DNA from: an uncultured virus (IMG/VR IMGVR_UViG_3300026254_000003)
Lineage: Duplodnaviria; Heunggongvirae; Uroviricota; Caudoviricetes
Length of the DNA stretch: 20,000 bases
IMG/VR virus record: IMGVR_UViG_3300026254_000003
Reading direction: 5' to 3' (one strand)
How positions within the stretch are numbered: position 1 is the first letter of the stretch; every line of letters begins with the position of its first letter. A program made the position numbers and the translations under genes. Shown piece by piece: positions 8,009-16,128 of the stretch. The notes below the pieces were generated by a model. That model had not been told where the DNA came from. It was given only the letters and a program-made list of their open reading frames with translations, and searched no databases.

Positions 8009-8635
8009 TTATCTGTCTTGTGCCGAACGGGCATTGCGAAGCGCATCCGTGACACTCTCAACATCAGATTGAAAGCGCTCTAGGGCGCGATATTTCTCCG
8101 CAGCCTGTTTAACAGGCAACATGGTGTCGTCGGTCACTTCATCAAACTCTGCGTGAAGAAACTGCGCAATACGTGGTGGGAAAGCAATCAACACTTCGTT
8201 TATAGCGTCAGTGCCAGACTCAATAACGTCTTCAAGGCGGTCGCACAAGCGGTTCCAGCGCTCAAGCTCATCGACCGCTGCATGTAGTTCATTACTGAGT
8301 AAATCCCACATGACGGCGAAGGGTGCATCGCATCCCCAATCAGGGTGCGAAACGAGGGAGCCTTTAAATGTGATGGCTTCACCAAGTTCTATGGGAAGTA
8401 AGTCAGAATGTGGATAGTTGGCGTAAAGAAGCCCTCGCAATGCGACAACGTCCGATGGCAGTGGTTTGTCATCGTTACGCGTAGCAGTTGCGTTGTCTCG
8501 CGCCTGTATACTTCTGTAGCCTTCATGCTTAGTAAGAACATCAAGGACGGTGCTCTGTTTGACGTGTTTTGCGTTGTCTTTAGTTTGACAAGCAGTAACA
8601 ATGGCGGTGGCAAGGTGGCGTAATGGGTTGCTCAT
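8009..8635 (-). CDS. Leader-associated protein A (MSNPLRHLATAIVTACQTKDNAK..., 208 aa)
   Basis: ATG 8635 with GGAG RBS (8648-8645). The N-terminus resembles the 15096-15908 product. Confidence 0.8.
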   Translation of the reverse strand: MSNPLRHLATAIVTACQTKDNAKHVKQSTVLDVLTKHEGYRSIQARDNATATRNDDKPLPSDVVALRGLLYANYPHSDLLPIELGEAITFKGSLVSHPDWGCDAPFAVMWDLLSNELHAAVDELERWNRLCDRLEDVIESGTDAINEVLIAFPPRIAQFLHAEFDEVTDDTMLPVKQAAEKYRALERFQSDVESVTDALRNARSAQDR

Positions 8636-8835
8636 AATAGCGTTCTCCGAATGTGAATGTTCAAGCCCTACCAATTAACCTTGAAGCCTCACGCGGTAAA
8701 CGATTATAAACGTAAGTGTGCATTCAATGGTGCAAGAGTGGCCGGTCTGTATAAAACAAACACCCAAAGGGCGGTAGGCGGCGTGTGCTGCAACACACAT
8801 TTCGGTCATAGCGTCGTAACGCTCTCGAAACTTGT
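8636..8835 (-). ncRNA. Putative structured 5' leader with pseudoknot, copy A
   Basis: Stem 8660-8665/8680-8685. Loop 8667-8672 is complementary to 8773-8778. Adjacent CCC-AAA-GGG hairpin. Imperfect closing helix 8647-8661/8792-8805. Promoter TTGACA (8867-8862)-N16-TATTAT. Confidence 0.55.
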
Positions 8836-8868
8836 GTTAATAATACCAGTATTGATTAAAATGTCAAT

Positions 8869-8907
8869 AAAAAAGAAGCGAGGTTATGGCGGGGGAAACT
8901 CGCTTCT
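8869..8907 (-). terminator. Intrinsic terminator
   Basis: Minus strand AGAAGCGAG...CTCGCTTCT followed by a T-tract, downstream of the 8929 stop. Confidence 0.7.
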
Positions 8908-8928
8908 GTGTTGTTGATTGATTATTAA

Positions 8929-9288
8929 TTAGGACTCGGCGGTAGATTTTAATGATTCCGCCATCGTTTGCAGTACGGTTGCGCCCAACCCACGTGCGGT
9001 TTTGGCCCCACGGTTGGTAACATAGCGGCCATCAGCACCTGTCTTTAGTCCAAGCATTTGTGCAATGGCGTTGCCCACATTTTCTTGCGCTGAGGCGCTT
9101 GCTTCATCGCCTGAATCGTCCATCATTAACACGGTTGAGATGGCATCAAGTTGCGTTGGCGAAACGCTAAGTTGGTTCGTCTTGCCGGATACGGCTCCAT
9201 ACAGTTGAACAGAAGGTTTAAGGCCATCGCTGTTTTTGTTTTCTAGGCGTGACAGCTGGGTTTTGATGTAGCTTGTTTTTTGCGTCAT
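8929..9288 (-). CDS. Hypothetical protein, 119 aa
   Basis: ORF track; TAAGGA RBS. Confidence 0.8.
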   Translation of the reverse strand: MTQKTSYIKTQLSRLENKNSDGLKPSVQLYGAVSGKTNQLSVSPTQLDAISTVLMMDDSGDEASASAQENVGNAIAQMLGLKTGADGRYVTNRGAKTARGLGATVLQTMAESLKSTAES

Positions 9289-9351
9289 AGCAATTCCTTA
9301 TTAGGCCGCTGACCGCGGCCCTGTGGTTTAGTCAAAAAAAGAAAATGGTGC

Positions 9352-9948
9352 CTAGGCGTTTACGGACTTGCGCACTAACTCGTGATATTGCGCATCAATG
9401 TCATTGAGCATACCATTAGACTCGATGTCACAGCCTTCATAGCCAGAACGTTCGCAAATCATCGTGCCGTCATCATCGACCAGAAGAAAGCCGAAAGTGT
9501 CTTCCGAAATAAAGGCGTCGTACGCTTTAACCTCGGCTTTCATGTGTTCTTTAGCTTGGTTGCAGTGGTGAGCTTCAGTGCCGCCATAATAGGTGTCCAT
9601 GTCGCTGTGCGTCATGTAAATGACTCCGACCTGTCCGCTATCAAAAGCGCATGAGAACGGGATCGTTGACATGGTGATGCCAGAGTGGTCGTAAAGATGC
9701 AGTTCCAAGTAGACGGCAATAATGCCTAAACCTTGAGCCAGTCGAAACAATGATGCAGGATCTTGGCGGTCAAAGTCGGCAGATACTGAATCAAAATCAG
9801 GATGCCCAGAAATCATATCTGAAAGATCACCAGAAGCATCAACATCGCCTAATATATAGCGACGATGTTTGCACAGCATTCGGCCTTTGTTCTCAGCTTC
9901 GCGTGGGTTCAGTGCATCGGTTTCTTGGTAAATAGTAAATGTTGGCAT
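9352..9948 (-). CDS. Acidic hypothetical protein with LYDHSGITMS...FDSGQVG motif (198 aa)
   Basis: ATG 9948 after cassette 9. The motif is recalled from uncharacterised phage/conjugative-element proteins (not database-verified). Confidence 0.8.
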   Translation of the reverse strand: MPTFTIYQETDALNPREAENKGRMLCKHRRYILGDVDASGDLSDMISGHPDFDSVSADFDRQDPASLFRLAQGLGIIAVYLELHLYDHSGITMSTIPFSCAFDSGQVGVIYMTHSDMDTYYGGTEAHHCNQAKEHMKAEVKAYDAFISEDTFGFLLVDDDGTMICERSGYEGCDIESNGMLNDIDAQYHELVRKSVNA

Positions 9949-9956
9949 GAGTGCCG

Positions 9957-10008
9957 CTCCATGTTGTGTTGACAAATCAAGTATCTCAAAACATGTGGGC
10001 GTTGTCAA
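9957..10008 (-). promoter_or_regulatory. Conserved promoter/RBS cassette, copy 9
   Basis: TTGACA (10008-10003)-N17-GATACT (9985-9980)-N5-TGTCAA (9974-9969)-CACAACATGGAG. Confidence 0.9.
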
Positions 10009-10018
10009 TGTTTTAGTG

Positions 10019-10216
10019 TCACGTCACAGCGACGAGCCTTTCATTGGCAATATTAAATTGAGGCTTCATGGGTGCATCGTTGAATCGAACCATCGTTTTT
10101 CCATACGAGTAGCTGTCACATGATACAGTGCCAACATGTCCTTCTAGGGCTTTCAAGTGAGCGTTCATTGAGCCGTGCGCCTTGATAAAACGCACCTTTT
10201 CACCTTCTTTAAACAT
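10019..10216 (-). CDS. Small SH3/KOW-like beta protein (MFKEGEKVRF..., 65 aa)
   Basis: ATG 10216 with AAGGA RBS. F-K-x-G-E-K-V...GxVGTV...VRF pattern. Confidence 0.7.
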   Translation of the reverse strand: MFKEGEKVRFIKAHGSMNAHLKALEGHVGTVSCDSYSYGKTMVRFNDAPMKPQFNIANERLVAVT

Positions 10217-10268
10217 GATAAGTTTCCTTTTAAGAGATGTGGCGAAAGCACGCGCTCTCGCCATATCA

Positions 10269-10688
10269 TTACCAATTTTTAAAGTCTTCTGCGAGCTCAC
10301 CGTCAAGGTTGGCGGCAACCGTTGCTTTCACAATGTCTCGGATGGCGTCAATCCGCGCTTTACTGAGACTGAGATCAAGCGTCCATGTCTCCATGAGTCC
10401 AGAAGCGAAGCTGCACGGTGATTCTGCGTCAAGCAATGAATCAACATGATCACCGTTACCGTTCTCATCATATAAATCGCTAGACAGCATCATACATGAA
10501 GCATTTTGATGCGTATACAGCGCCGTTTTTACAATGATGTAACTGTCTGGATAGCTCGATGTGGCGATGTCATAGAAAGGCAAGTTGAGGTCCTCAATAT
10601 CATCGTAAGACGCCCCAAGTTTCGCCGCTATTTCAGGCAGCGGTGCCGGTGTGATTTTTGATGACAAAACACGATCTAAGAGACTCAT
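10269..10688 (-). CDS. Acidic hypothetical protein, 139 aa
   Basis: ORF track; ATGA overlap with the upstream gene. Confidence 0.8.
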   Translation of the reverse strand: MSLLDRVLSSKITPAPLPEIAAKLGASYDDIEDLNLPFYDIATSSYPDSYIIVKTALYTHQNASCMMLSSDLYDENGNGDHVDSLLDAESPCSFASGLMETWTLDLSLSKARIDAIRDIVKATVAANLDGELAEDFKNW

Positions 10689-11110
10689 AGCAGGCGCACC
10701 CCATCAAGTTGCAAAATACCTAAACCGCTTAATCCTGCTTCAGCGAGGACAGCCTTAGAGCCATCAATGTCGGTCTCAACAATTTCAACTTGAATAAAGC
10801 CGTTGCCGTCAGTGCATGAAGGCAACCTTTTCCAACTTGCTACAACACTGCAATCGTGGAAATTAACGGTCGCTGTTTGCTCGTCGTCATTTTTTTGGAT
10901 GGTGGGTGTTGGCTTATCTTCAAAAACAACATCAACGGTCAAGTTCAGTGGCTTGTAGGCGCTTTTGACGACAATTGACGCGGAGCCATCTTCGTCTTCT
11001 TCATACAGCACATTAAGGCTGACGTTACCAACGCGTAGCGCAAATGACAGCTCATAACCAAGTACGGCTTGCTTGTCGTCGTTTTTATAAATAGGGGTAT
11101 GTGAAAGCAT
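10685..11110 (-). CDS. Hypothetical beta-rich protein (MLSHTPIY..., 141 aa)
   Basis: ATG 11110 after the AAGGA of cassette 10. Confidence 0.8.
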   Translation of the reverse strand: MLSHTPIYKNDDKQAVLGYELSFALRVGNVSLNVLYEEDEDGSASIVVKSAYKPLNLTVDVVFEDKPTPTIQKNDDEQTATVNFHDCSVVASWKRLPSCTDGNGFIQVEIVETDIDGSKAVLAEAGLSGLGILQLDGVRLL

Positions 11111-11117
11111 GTGTATT

Positions 11118-11167
11118 CCTTGTTGTGTTGACAATGTCAGTGTCTCAAATTCTGTGAGTGATGTCAA
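11118..11167 (-). promoter_or_regulatory. Conserved promoter/RBS cassette, copy 10
   Basis: TTGACA (11167-11162)-N17-GACACT-N5-TGTCAA (11133-11128)-CACAACAAGGA. Confidence 0.85.
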
Positions 11168-11180
11168 CATGTCAATGTGG

Positions 11181-11525
11181 TTAGCCAAGCATCGTCAGCG
11201 CTAACGTGGTTTCCCGTGCGCTACCAAATTGATGAACGTGCGCTTTGAGATTAAGTACAAGGTGGTAGTGTTGTTGTAACGCCGATATACGTGTCATGTC
11301 GCCAACGACGCGCGCTTGAAGGTGCTCTATCTCCACCTGTGTTTGCTTAAGCTCAGAGGCGAGTAATGCCACGTTCTCGATGATGTTGCACAATGAGCCC
11401 GTGTCATGCTGTGGGTGAGCATATCGCTTATACAGGCGACGTATACTCGACAATGGGATGTAATAGGCTGGGATGACAATGGTGTCGACCCGGGCCTTAT
11501 CTTGTTTGCGATGAATTGAGTTCAT
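11181..11525 (-). CDS. Hypothetical protein, 114 aa
   Basis: ORF track; same strand, fills the gap; weak RBS. Confidence 0.65.
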   Translation of the reverse strand: MNSIHRKQDKARVDTIVIPAYYIPLSSIRRLYKRYAHPQHDTGSLCNIIENVALLASELKQTQVEIEHLQARVVGDMTRISALQQHYHLVLNLKAHVHQFGSARETTLALTMLG

Positions 11526-11568
11526 TTGTCGTGGCTATCGCTGTCGGAACCAGCAATCACTCATTAAA

Positions 11569-11826
11569 CTAATCATCGTCATCATCATTAGGGTTTTCCA
11601 TGCCCATGATTTCAATGGCGTGGTACATCACGGTGTTTAGCATCGCGTCCTCACCTGCATCACGTTCCATTTTAAGCGCTTCGAGGGCGTGTTCCACATC
11701 GTCACCGATCTCAAATGGCAAGTTGTCACGTTTGCAGAAGCTTTCATATTCCTCAAGCGCACGTTCAACGCAATCTTCCGTAAAGTACTGATCGTAGTAG
11801 CTCGACTTAAATAGTGTATCTGACAT
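11569..11826 (-). CDS. Highly acidic small protein, 85 aa
   Basis: GAGGA RBS. 25 D/E versus 6 K/R, ends in DDDDD. Confidence 0.8.
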   Translation of the reverse strand: MSDTLFKSSYYDQYFTEDCVERALEEYESFCKRDNLPFEIGDDVEHALEALKMERDAGEDAMLNTVMYHAIEIMGMENPNDDDDD

Positions 11827-11869
11827 AAGAAGTCCTCTTGAGAGCGGCCGATGTGCCGCCCTCCATTAA

Positions 11870-12370
11870 TTAAAGATAGGCTTGAACGATATACTTCGCT
11901 GAGCGAATGTGTTGGCAAACGAACGCGCTAAGCTCAGTGATTGCGTCTTGATAGTCAGGCGCAACAAGTGAAGTGTCTTTGAATCGCTCAAGCTCAGAAA
12001 ACACGGTGCGAAAACGAATGTCTTGTTCAATGAGAAGGTCAAACTCCTCTTCTTCCGTATATGCTGGTGGATTCGGGTCGGTCACAATTCGCGCTTCGCT
12101 AATGCCAGTAAGCAGGCGACTCTGGTCGCGGTAACCCACGGCATCCTCGGCCGCCATCAGGGCGTCGCGGAATGACAGCATATTAGTGATAGCAGTGCGG
12201 TGTGCGGTGATACACGTTTCACTCAGCAAGTCGCTTTTCGACAGATTCGTTGCCAGTATGGTAGCAATCTTATCTAACGCGACAACCTGCTCGCTGACGA
12301 CACGCAAAGGCAATGCGAAGCTATCTTGTATCGCTACCGGGTGCTCTGCCGGATAAACAGATGTTGGCAT
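11870..12370 (-). CDS. Hypothetical protein, 166 aa
   Basis: ORF track; follows cassette 11. Confidence 0.8.
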   Translation of the reverse strand: MPTSVYPAEHPVAIQDSFALPLRVVSEQVVALDKIATILATNLSKSDLLSETCITAHRTAITNMLSFRDALMAAEDAVGYRDQSRLLTGISEARIVTDPNPPAYTEEEEFDLLIEQDIRFRTVFSELERFKDTSLVAPDYQDAITELSAFVCQHIRSAKYIVQAYL

Positions 12371-12377
12371 GAAGTTT

Positions 12378-12428
12378 CTCCTGTTGTGTTGACGTTTTTA
12401 TTGTCTCAAAAAGAGAGGCTAAATGCAA
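12378..12428 (-). promoter_or_regulatory. Conserved promoter/RBS cassette, copy 11
   Basis: TTGCAT (12428-12423)-N17-GACAAT-N5-CGTCAA-CACAACAGGAG. Confidence 0.8.
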
Positions 12429-12433
12429 TCTTT

Positions 12434-13060
12434 TTATGCTTTTGAGGCGTCGCCATCAAGGATGTTTTCTGGCGTGTCCTTATATATTTCAGTTAACACT
12501 TTGTGGCGATAATAGCGCGCCATAATCAATGCTGACGCGTAACTTACCATGACGACGGTAAGGTGGACGTCAAAGATCACAAAGCAGGCACCTACCGCCG
12601 CACCTATTGCGGTATAGAGCATATCAAGCTTTGATTTAAGTAACGAATAGTCAGCGCAACCTGCGGTAACAATGCTGGTGGTTTGGTTGAGTATGGGCGA
12701 CATAATAATATTTGAAGAATACGTAACAATTGTCGCAATCGGCAATATCACGTGAGGAAAAACGTCATAGATTGTAAGCATATAGAAAACAAAAGCGAGC
12801 ACCTCAAAACCAATGGCGATATGAAAGGTTTTCATAGGATGCTCTTTAGCCATTTTCCCTAAGGCAGGAATGAAAATAGCAAGGCCAAGTACTGACAGCG
12901 CATAGTTTTTAAGCACTAGTCCATCTGCATTAAATAAATCAACGTACAGCATGACAATTGCTGCGCCAAGCAACGCATTGACAAACAGTAGGTAGAACGA
13001 CATGATTTGTTGATTACGGCGAAGTGGCGACAATGCCGCCACCTCTTTTATTAAATTCAC
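12434..13060 (-). CDS. Integral membrane protein (~6 TM helices, half-MFS-like size)
   Basis: About six hydrophobic segments. The GTG start at 13060 overlaps the upstream TGA (GTGA coupling). Confidence 0.75.
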   Translation of the reverse strand: MNLIKEVAALSPLRRNQQIMSFYLLFVNALLGAAIVMLYVDLFNADGLVLKNYALSVLGLAIFIPALGKMAKEHPMKTFHIAIGFEVLAFVFYMLTIYDVFPHVILPIATIVTYSSNIIMSPILNQTTSIVTAGCADYSLLKSKLDMLYTAIGAAVGACFVIFDVHLTVVMVSYASALIMARYYRHKVLTEIYKDTPENILDGDASKA

Positions 13061-13986
13061 GAGTGTTTTTCTCTCTTTTTTTGCTTCTCGAACCAACGGT
13101 GACCCATTGTCAACGCTTGCAAAGCGAGTTCCCTCTCGGCGTCACGTGATGCTTCATCAGGAGAGCACACGTCATCGTCACCTAACCGAACGTTGTCGCG
13201 TAAGTAATCTGACATTATGTCGTTGAATAAGTCAAAAACATAATGCCCATTGTTGCACGGTTCACTGGATGTGACAGATTCAATGTCGTCGCCATCAAGT
13301 TCAACAGAAACAAACTCATCGTCAAACTCAGCATACTCATTGTTTTTAACTTCCCAAAGAACATTGATGCTGTGGCCACCAAAAAGGAAAGAAACCTTAA
13401 CCTCATAGGCATCACTGCCTGAACGGCTAAACATGGGGCCGTCTAGGTCTTTAATGCGGAATTTAAACGACGATTTGTGTTCAATGAGTTTGTCGCGGTA
13501 GTAAGCGCACAGGGCTGCATTGCTCGTCCATGGTGAAAGCGCATCTCCTTTTACAGCAGCTGCATCACCTGCATTGTCGGTTAACAATTTAAGTAGCTTA
13601 TTGTAAGCGCGTTCAGATTCTCGCTCATAATGTTGCATATCATTGATCATGCTCAATGCGTTGTTCAACATACCCTTCGCCGCATTAAAATCATTGTGCG
13701 TGGGCGAGAGTGGCGCATCTGCATCGCGCTTCAAAAGGGCATAATTCTGACCGGTAAGGATCGTTGCCAATGTTTCTTGCGCGCGCTTTCTGTCCATCGG
13801 TGCATCTTCAAGCGTAAGCGTATCGAGTTGATGGCGTAGCGTATCGAGTTGTGTTTTGTCCTCATCATTGGCTTTGTAGGCCATCTGCTTAATGGCAGCG
13901 GAAACACGATCGCGTGAGGTATGAAGCGTCATGCTGTTACGTAGACGTGTAAGGGCCGCATTGATAAATGAAGTAGTGAATTTCAT
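13057..13986 (-). CDS. Leader-associated protein B, 309 aa
   Basis: ORF track. Helical N-terminal half with RAQETLATILTGQNYALL motif; acidic C-terminal alpha/beta domain. Confidence 0.85.
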   Translation of the reverse strand: MKFTTSFINAALTRLRNSMTLHTSRDRVSAAIKQMAYKANDEDKTQLDTLRHQLDTLTLEDAPMDRKRAQETLATILTGQNYALLKRDADAPLSPTHNDFNAAKGMLNNALSMINDMQHYERESERAYNKLLKLLTDNAGDAAAVKGDALSPWTSNAALCAYYRDKLIEHKSSFKFRIKDLDGPMFSRSGSDAYEVKVSFLFGGHSINVLWEVKNNEYAEFDDEFVSVELDGDDIESVTSSEPCNNGHYVFDLFNDIMSDYLRDNVRLGDDDVCSPDEASRDAERELALQALTMGHRWFEKQKKREKHS

Positions 13987-14155
13987 GATTGTACTGTTTC
14001 CGTTTTCGGTTCAGTTTAACAGCTCGTTCCTCCCTTGCGCCTGTTATTGGAGAACCGCTGGTGACAGTAGTTTCAATAAAAATCAGGTCGGTGTAACTTG
14101 CTAATATGGGCCTTACCCGTTAGGGCGGAGGAGGCAGTCGCTATTAGCGGCGACA
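13987..14155 (-). ncRNA. Putative structured 5' leader with pseudoknot, copy B
   Basis: Stems 14007-14012/14052-14057 and 14017-14022/14041-14046. Loop 14028-14033 is complementary to 14127-14132. Adjacent CCC-GTTA-GGG hairpin. Promoter TTGCAT (14189-14184)-N17-TAATAT (14166-14161). Confidence 0.55.
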
Positions 14156-14196
14156 GTTAAATATTAACAAAATACAGGCATCAATGCAACTATTAT

Positions 14197-14913
14197 TTAT
14201 GGTTTTGAGCGATAGAAAGGAACGCGATTGTTCATGATGCGAAGTTCTGCAATGTTCGCTTCTTTTATCGCTGACTGGCAGCCACCACAGGCATAGAGGT
14301 GACCAGAGAGGTACAGGATGCTGCCTTTTGCTTTATTTCCCGCCGCACGAAGCGCATTAACCTCTGCGTGCCCGTCCTGCTGGCACACGCTTTGACAAAG
14401 TTCGTATCCTTCGCCGGATTTCATGCCCTGCACCTCACGAGGGCATACCTTTTGAGGGTTGCGGCAAAGGTTTGTGCCGGTAAAAGATTCGCCATCTGGG
14501 GTTACCACGGTGGCATAGACGTTTTGTTTAACGCAAGGGCCACCAGCGCTATGAAGCTTAGTTATCCCAATACCATGTTCAAAGTAAGTGACGAAAAAGC
14601 CGGTTGCGTCGTGAAAGAAGTCCGCCACATCTTTGCGATAGAGTGTTAAGTGATTCCTTTTTACATTAACAGTCGTTTTTATTGTATCAATAATGCCATC
14701 AGGCACCATGTCGGCACGCCTAAGAAAGATGTGATTTTCTTGGTCGTTCTTTTGGAGGCTGTTGGCGATAACATATGTCATACCCAGCTCATGAAGCCCT
14801 GAGTGCATGATGAGATTGTCGTCAACAAAAGAAATTCCTTTACCGTCAATAATGCAAGAGGCATCATGGTAGCTTACCTGTAACTCTGGCATTGGGTGGT
14901 GAGAGCATGTCAT
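14197..14913 (-). CDS. Cytidine/deoxycytidylate deaminase-family protein with N-terminal extra domain
   Basis: HAEVNAL...LY...ACGGC Zn-binding motifs (HxE / CxxC) in the C-terminal ~115 aa. Confidence 0.8.
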   Translation of the reverse strand: MTCSHHPMPELQVSYHDASCIIDGKGISFVDDNLIMHSGLHELGMTYVIANSLQKNDQENHIFLRRADMVPDGIIDTIKTTVNVKRNHLTLYRKDVADFFHDATGFFVTYFEHGIGITKLHSAGGPCVKQNVYATVVTPDGESFTGTNLCRNPQKVCPREVQGMKSGEGYELCQSVCQQDGHAEVNALRAAGNKAKGSILYLSGHLYACGGCQSAIKEANIAELRIMNNRVPFYRSKP

Positions 14914-14922
14914 AAATGATTA

Positions 14923-14974
14923 CCTACGTTGTGTTGACAATAGCCATTGTCTCACAGGCAGTGTAGGTAGTCAA
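14923..14974 (-). promoter_or_regulatory. Conserved promoter/RBS cassette, copy 12
   Basis: TTGACT (14974-14969)-N17-GACAAT-N6-TGTCAA (14939-14934)-CACAACGTAGG. Confidence 0.8.
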
Positions 14975-14985
14975 TCACCTCTAAA

Positions 14986-15043
14986 GTGAACTACCCAGCG
15001 ACATCGCTTCGCTCTGTTCACGGGGTTTTCTCGACGATTTTCG
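14986..15043 (-). mobile_element. Possible miniature IS200/IS605-family remnant (PATE-like)
   Basis: Minus strand TTTAT|CGAAAATCGTCGAGAAAACCCC...GGGTAGTTCAC. The GAAxxCCCC..GGGTAGTTCAC pattern resembles IS200/IS605 right ends, and TTTAT is a known family target motif. Confidence 0.5.
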
Positions 15044-15055
15044 ATAAAGAACACA

Positions 15056-15086
15056 AGCGCCACCAGGTTGCCGGTGGCGTTTTTTT
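15056..15086. terminator. Intrinsic terminator (possibly bidirectional)
   Basis: CGCCACC (15058-15064)/GGTGGCG (15073-15079) stem, T7 on the plus strand, T-rich tail on the minus strand. Confidence 0.7.
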
Positions 15087-15095
15087 ATGAACAAA

Positions 15096-15908
15096 TTAAC
15101 GTTTTTCTATTTTACCGGATGCTAAAAACATCTGTTGGCATGCGATGTCACCGCAATTTAACGTTAAATCGCACACCGGCGACAATGTTCGAATGAGCTC
15201 ATGGCCAATCCCGCTGACGAGAAAGGGAATAATGGGGTCGTCACCTTCATCAAACGTAGAGGTTGTTAATCCAGTTAACGAGGAGAATAATTTGCCGCCC
15301 TCATGAAGTGAGATGCTTGTCGCTTGACCAAATCCCATTTCCATCTCGCTGCTAAAGTATTCGGTGATGTCATTTTGCGTTTCAAGTTCTACTTCGTACC
15401 CAATATCACAGGCAGAGAGATCAGCATCATCAAACAGTTTTAATGTCGCATCAACGAGAAGTTTACCGAAGGCCCTAGAGTATTCAACGTTGATAATAAC
15501 GCCAAGATAGCAGGTGGTTTTTTCAGGATCGTCGGTGTATCCCGTCGTTTTTATGGTTAATAATGGAAGGTTCATAAACCAGCTAGGGGCTGGGTCGCTA
15601 CCTGAAATCACTCTACCCACTTCGCCAACACGCGCAACACGCGACATCATGGGGCTAAGTAGTGTGCTGATGAAGGTTGCAGGATCGTCAAAATTGTCGC
15701 TGACTTTTTCATCAAGTAACGCTGATAGCTTGTTTGCGTTTGATGTGCCCATCATGTCAGCGAAATAAGCGAACAATTTGGCGGGTTTTTGGGTGTTTCC
15801 GAAGTGCTTGGCGTTCACGTCATTCATGTGCTGACGCAATGCCTTTGCATCATCTTTAGTGCGCAGAGCATTAACAAGCGTGGTAAAAAATAACTTAGGT
15901 GTGTTCAT
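15096..15908 (-). CDS. Leader-associated protein C, 270 aa
   Basis: ORF track; GGAG RBS. N-terminus TTLVNALRTKDDAK is similar to protein A's TAIVTACQTKDNAK. Confidence 0.85.
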   Translation of the reverse strand: MNTPKLFFTTLVNALRTKDDAKALRQHMNDVNAKHFGNTQKPAKLFAYFADMMGTSNANKLSALLDEKVSDNFDDPATFISTLLSPMMSRVARVGEVGRVISGSDPAPSWFMNLPLLTIKTTGYTDDPEKTTCYLGVIINVEYSRAFGKLLVDATLKLFDDADLSACDIGYEVELETQNDITEYFSSEMEMGFGQATSISLHEGGKLFSSLTGLTTSTFDEGDDPIIPFLVSGIGHELIRTLSPVCDLTLNCGDIACQQMFLASGKIEKR

Positions 15909-16092
15909 ACATCATTCTCCGTATTGCGTGTCTTTTTCTTGCCTTCCCGGGGTGATGACACGCTACAGTTCATAATGTAAACGTGGATTGCTAAATGATA
16001 GCGTAATGTTCATCGTTAATGATATTTGCAAGCGCATGGCGCCGGAAGGCTGCTAGGTTCTCACCTGTGTTTGCCGCACATCACTGTGAAGC
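15909..16092 (-). ncRNA. Putative structured 5' leader with pseudoknot, copy C
   Basis: Stem 15926-15932/15957-15963. Loop 15941-15947 is complementary to 16044-16050. Adjacent GCGC-ATG-GCGC hairpin. Promoter TTGACT (16127-16122)-N17-CAAAAT. Confidence 0.55.
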
Positions 16093-16128
16093 ATTTTCAT
16101 TTTGGCAGTATTGAACATGAAAGTCAAC

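Noticed and set aside
8675..8809. 44-codon minus-strand ORF (MTEMCVAAH...) inside leader A as a leader peptide
   Set aside because: It has a weak RBS, I did not identify an equivalent ORF in leaders B or C, and the region is better explained by RNA structure.
13817..13851. 14-bp direct repeat AGCGTATCGAGTTG with 21-bp period
   Set aside because: It is an in-frame heptad duplication (QLDTL twice) within a coding helix, with no sign of separate function.
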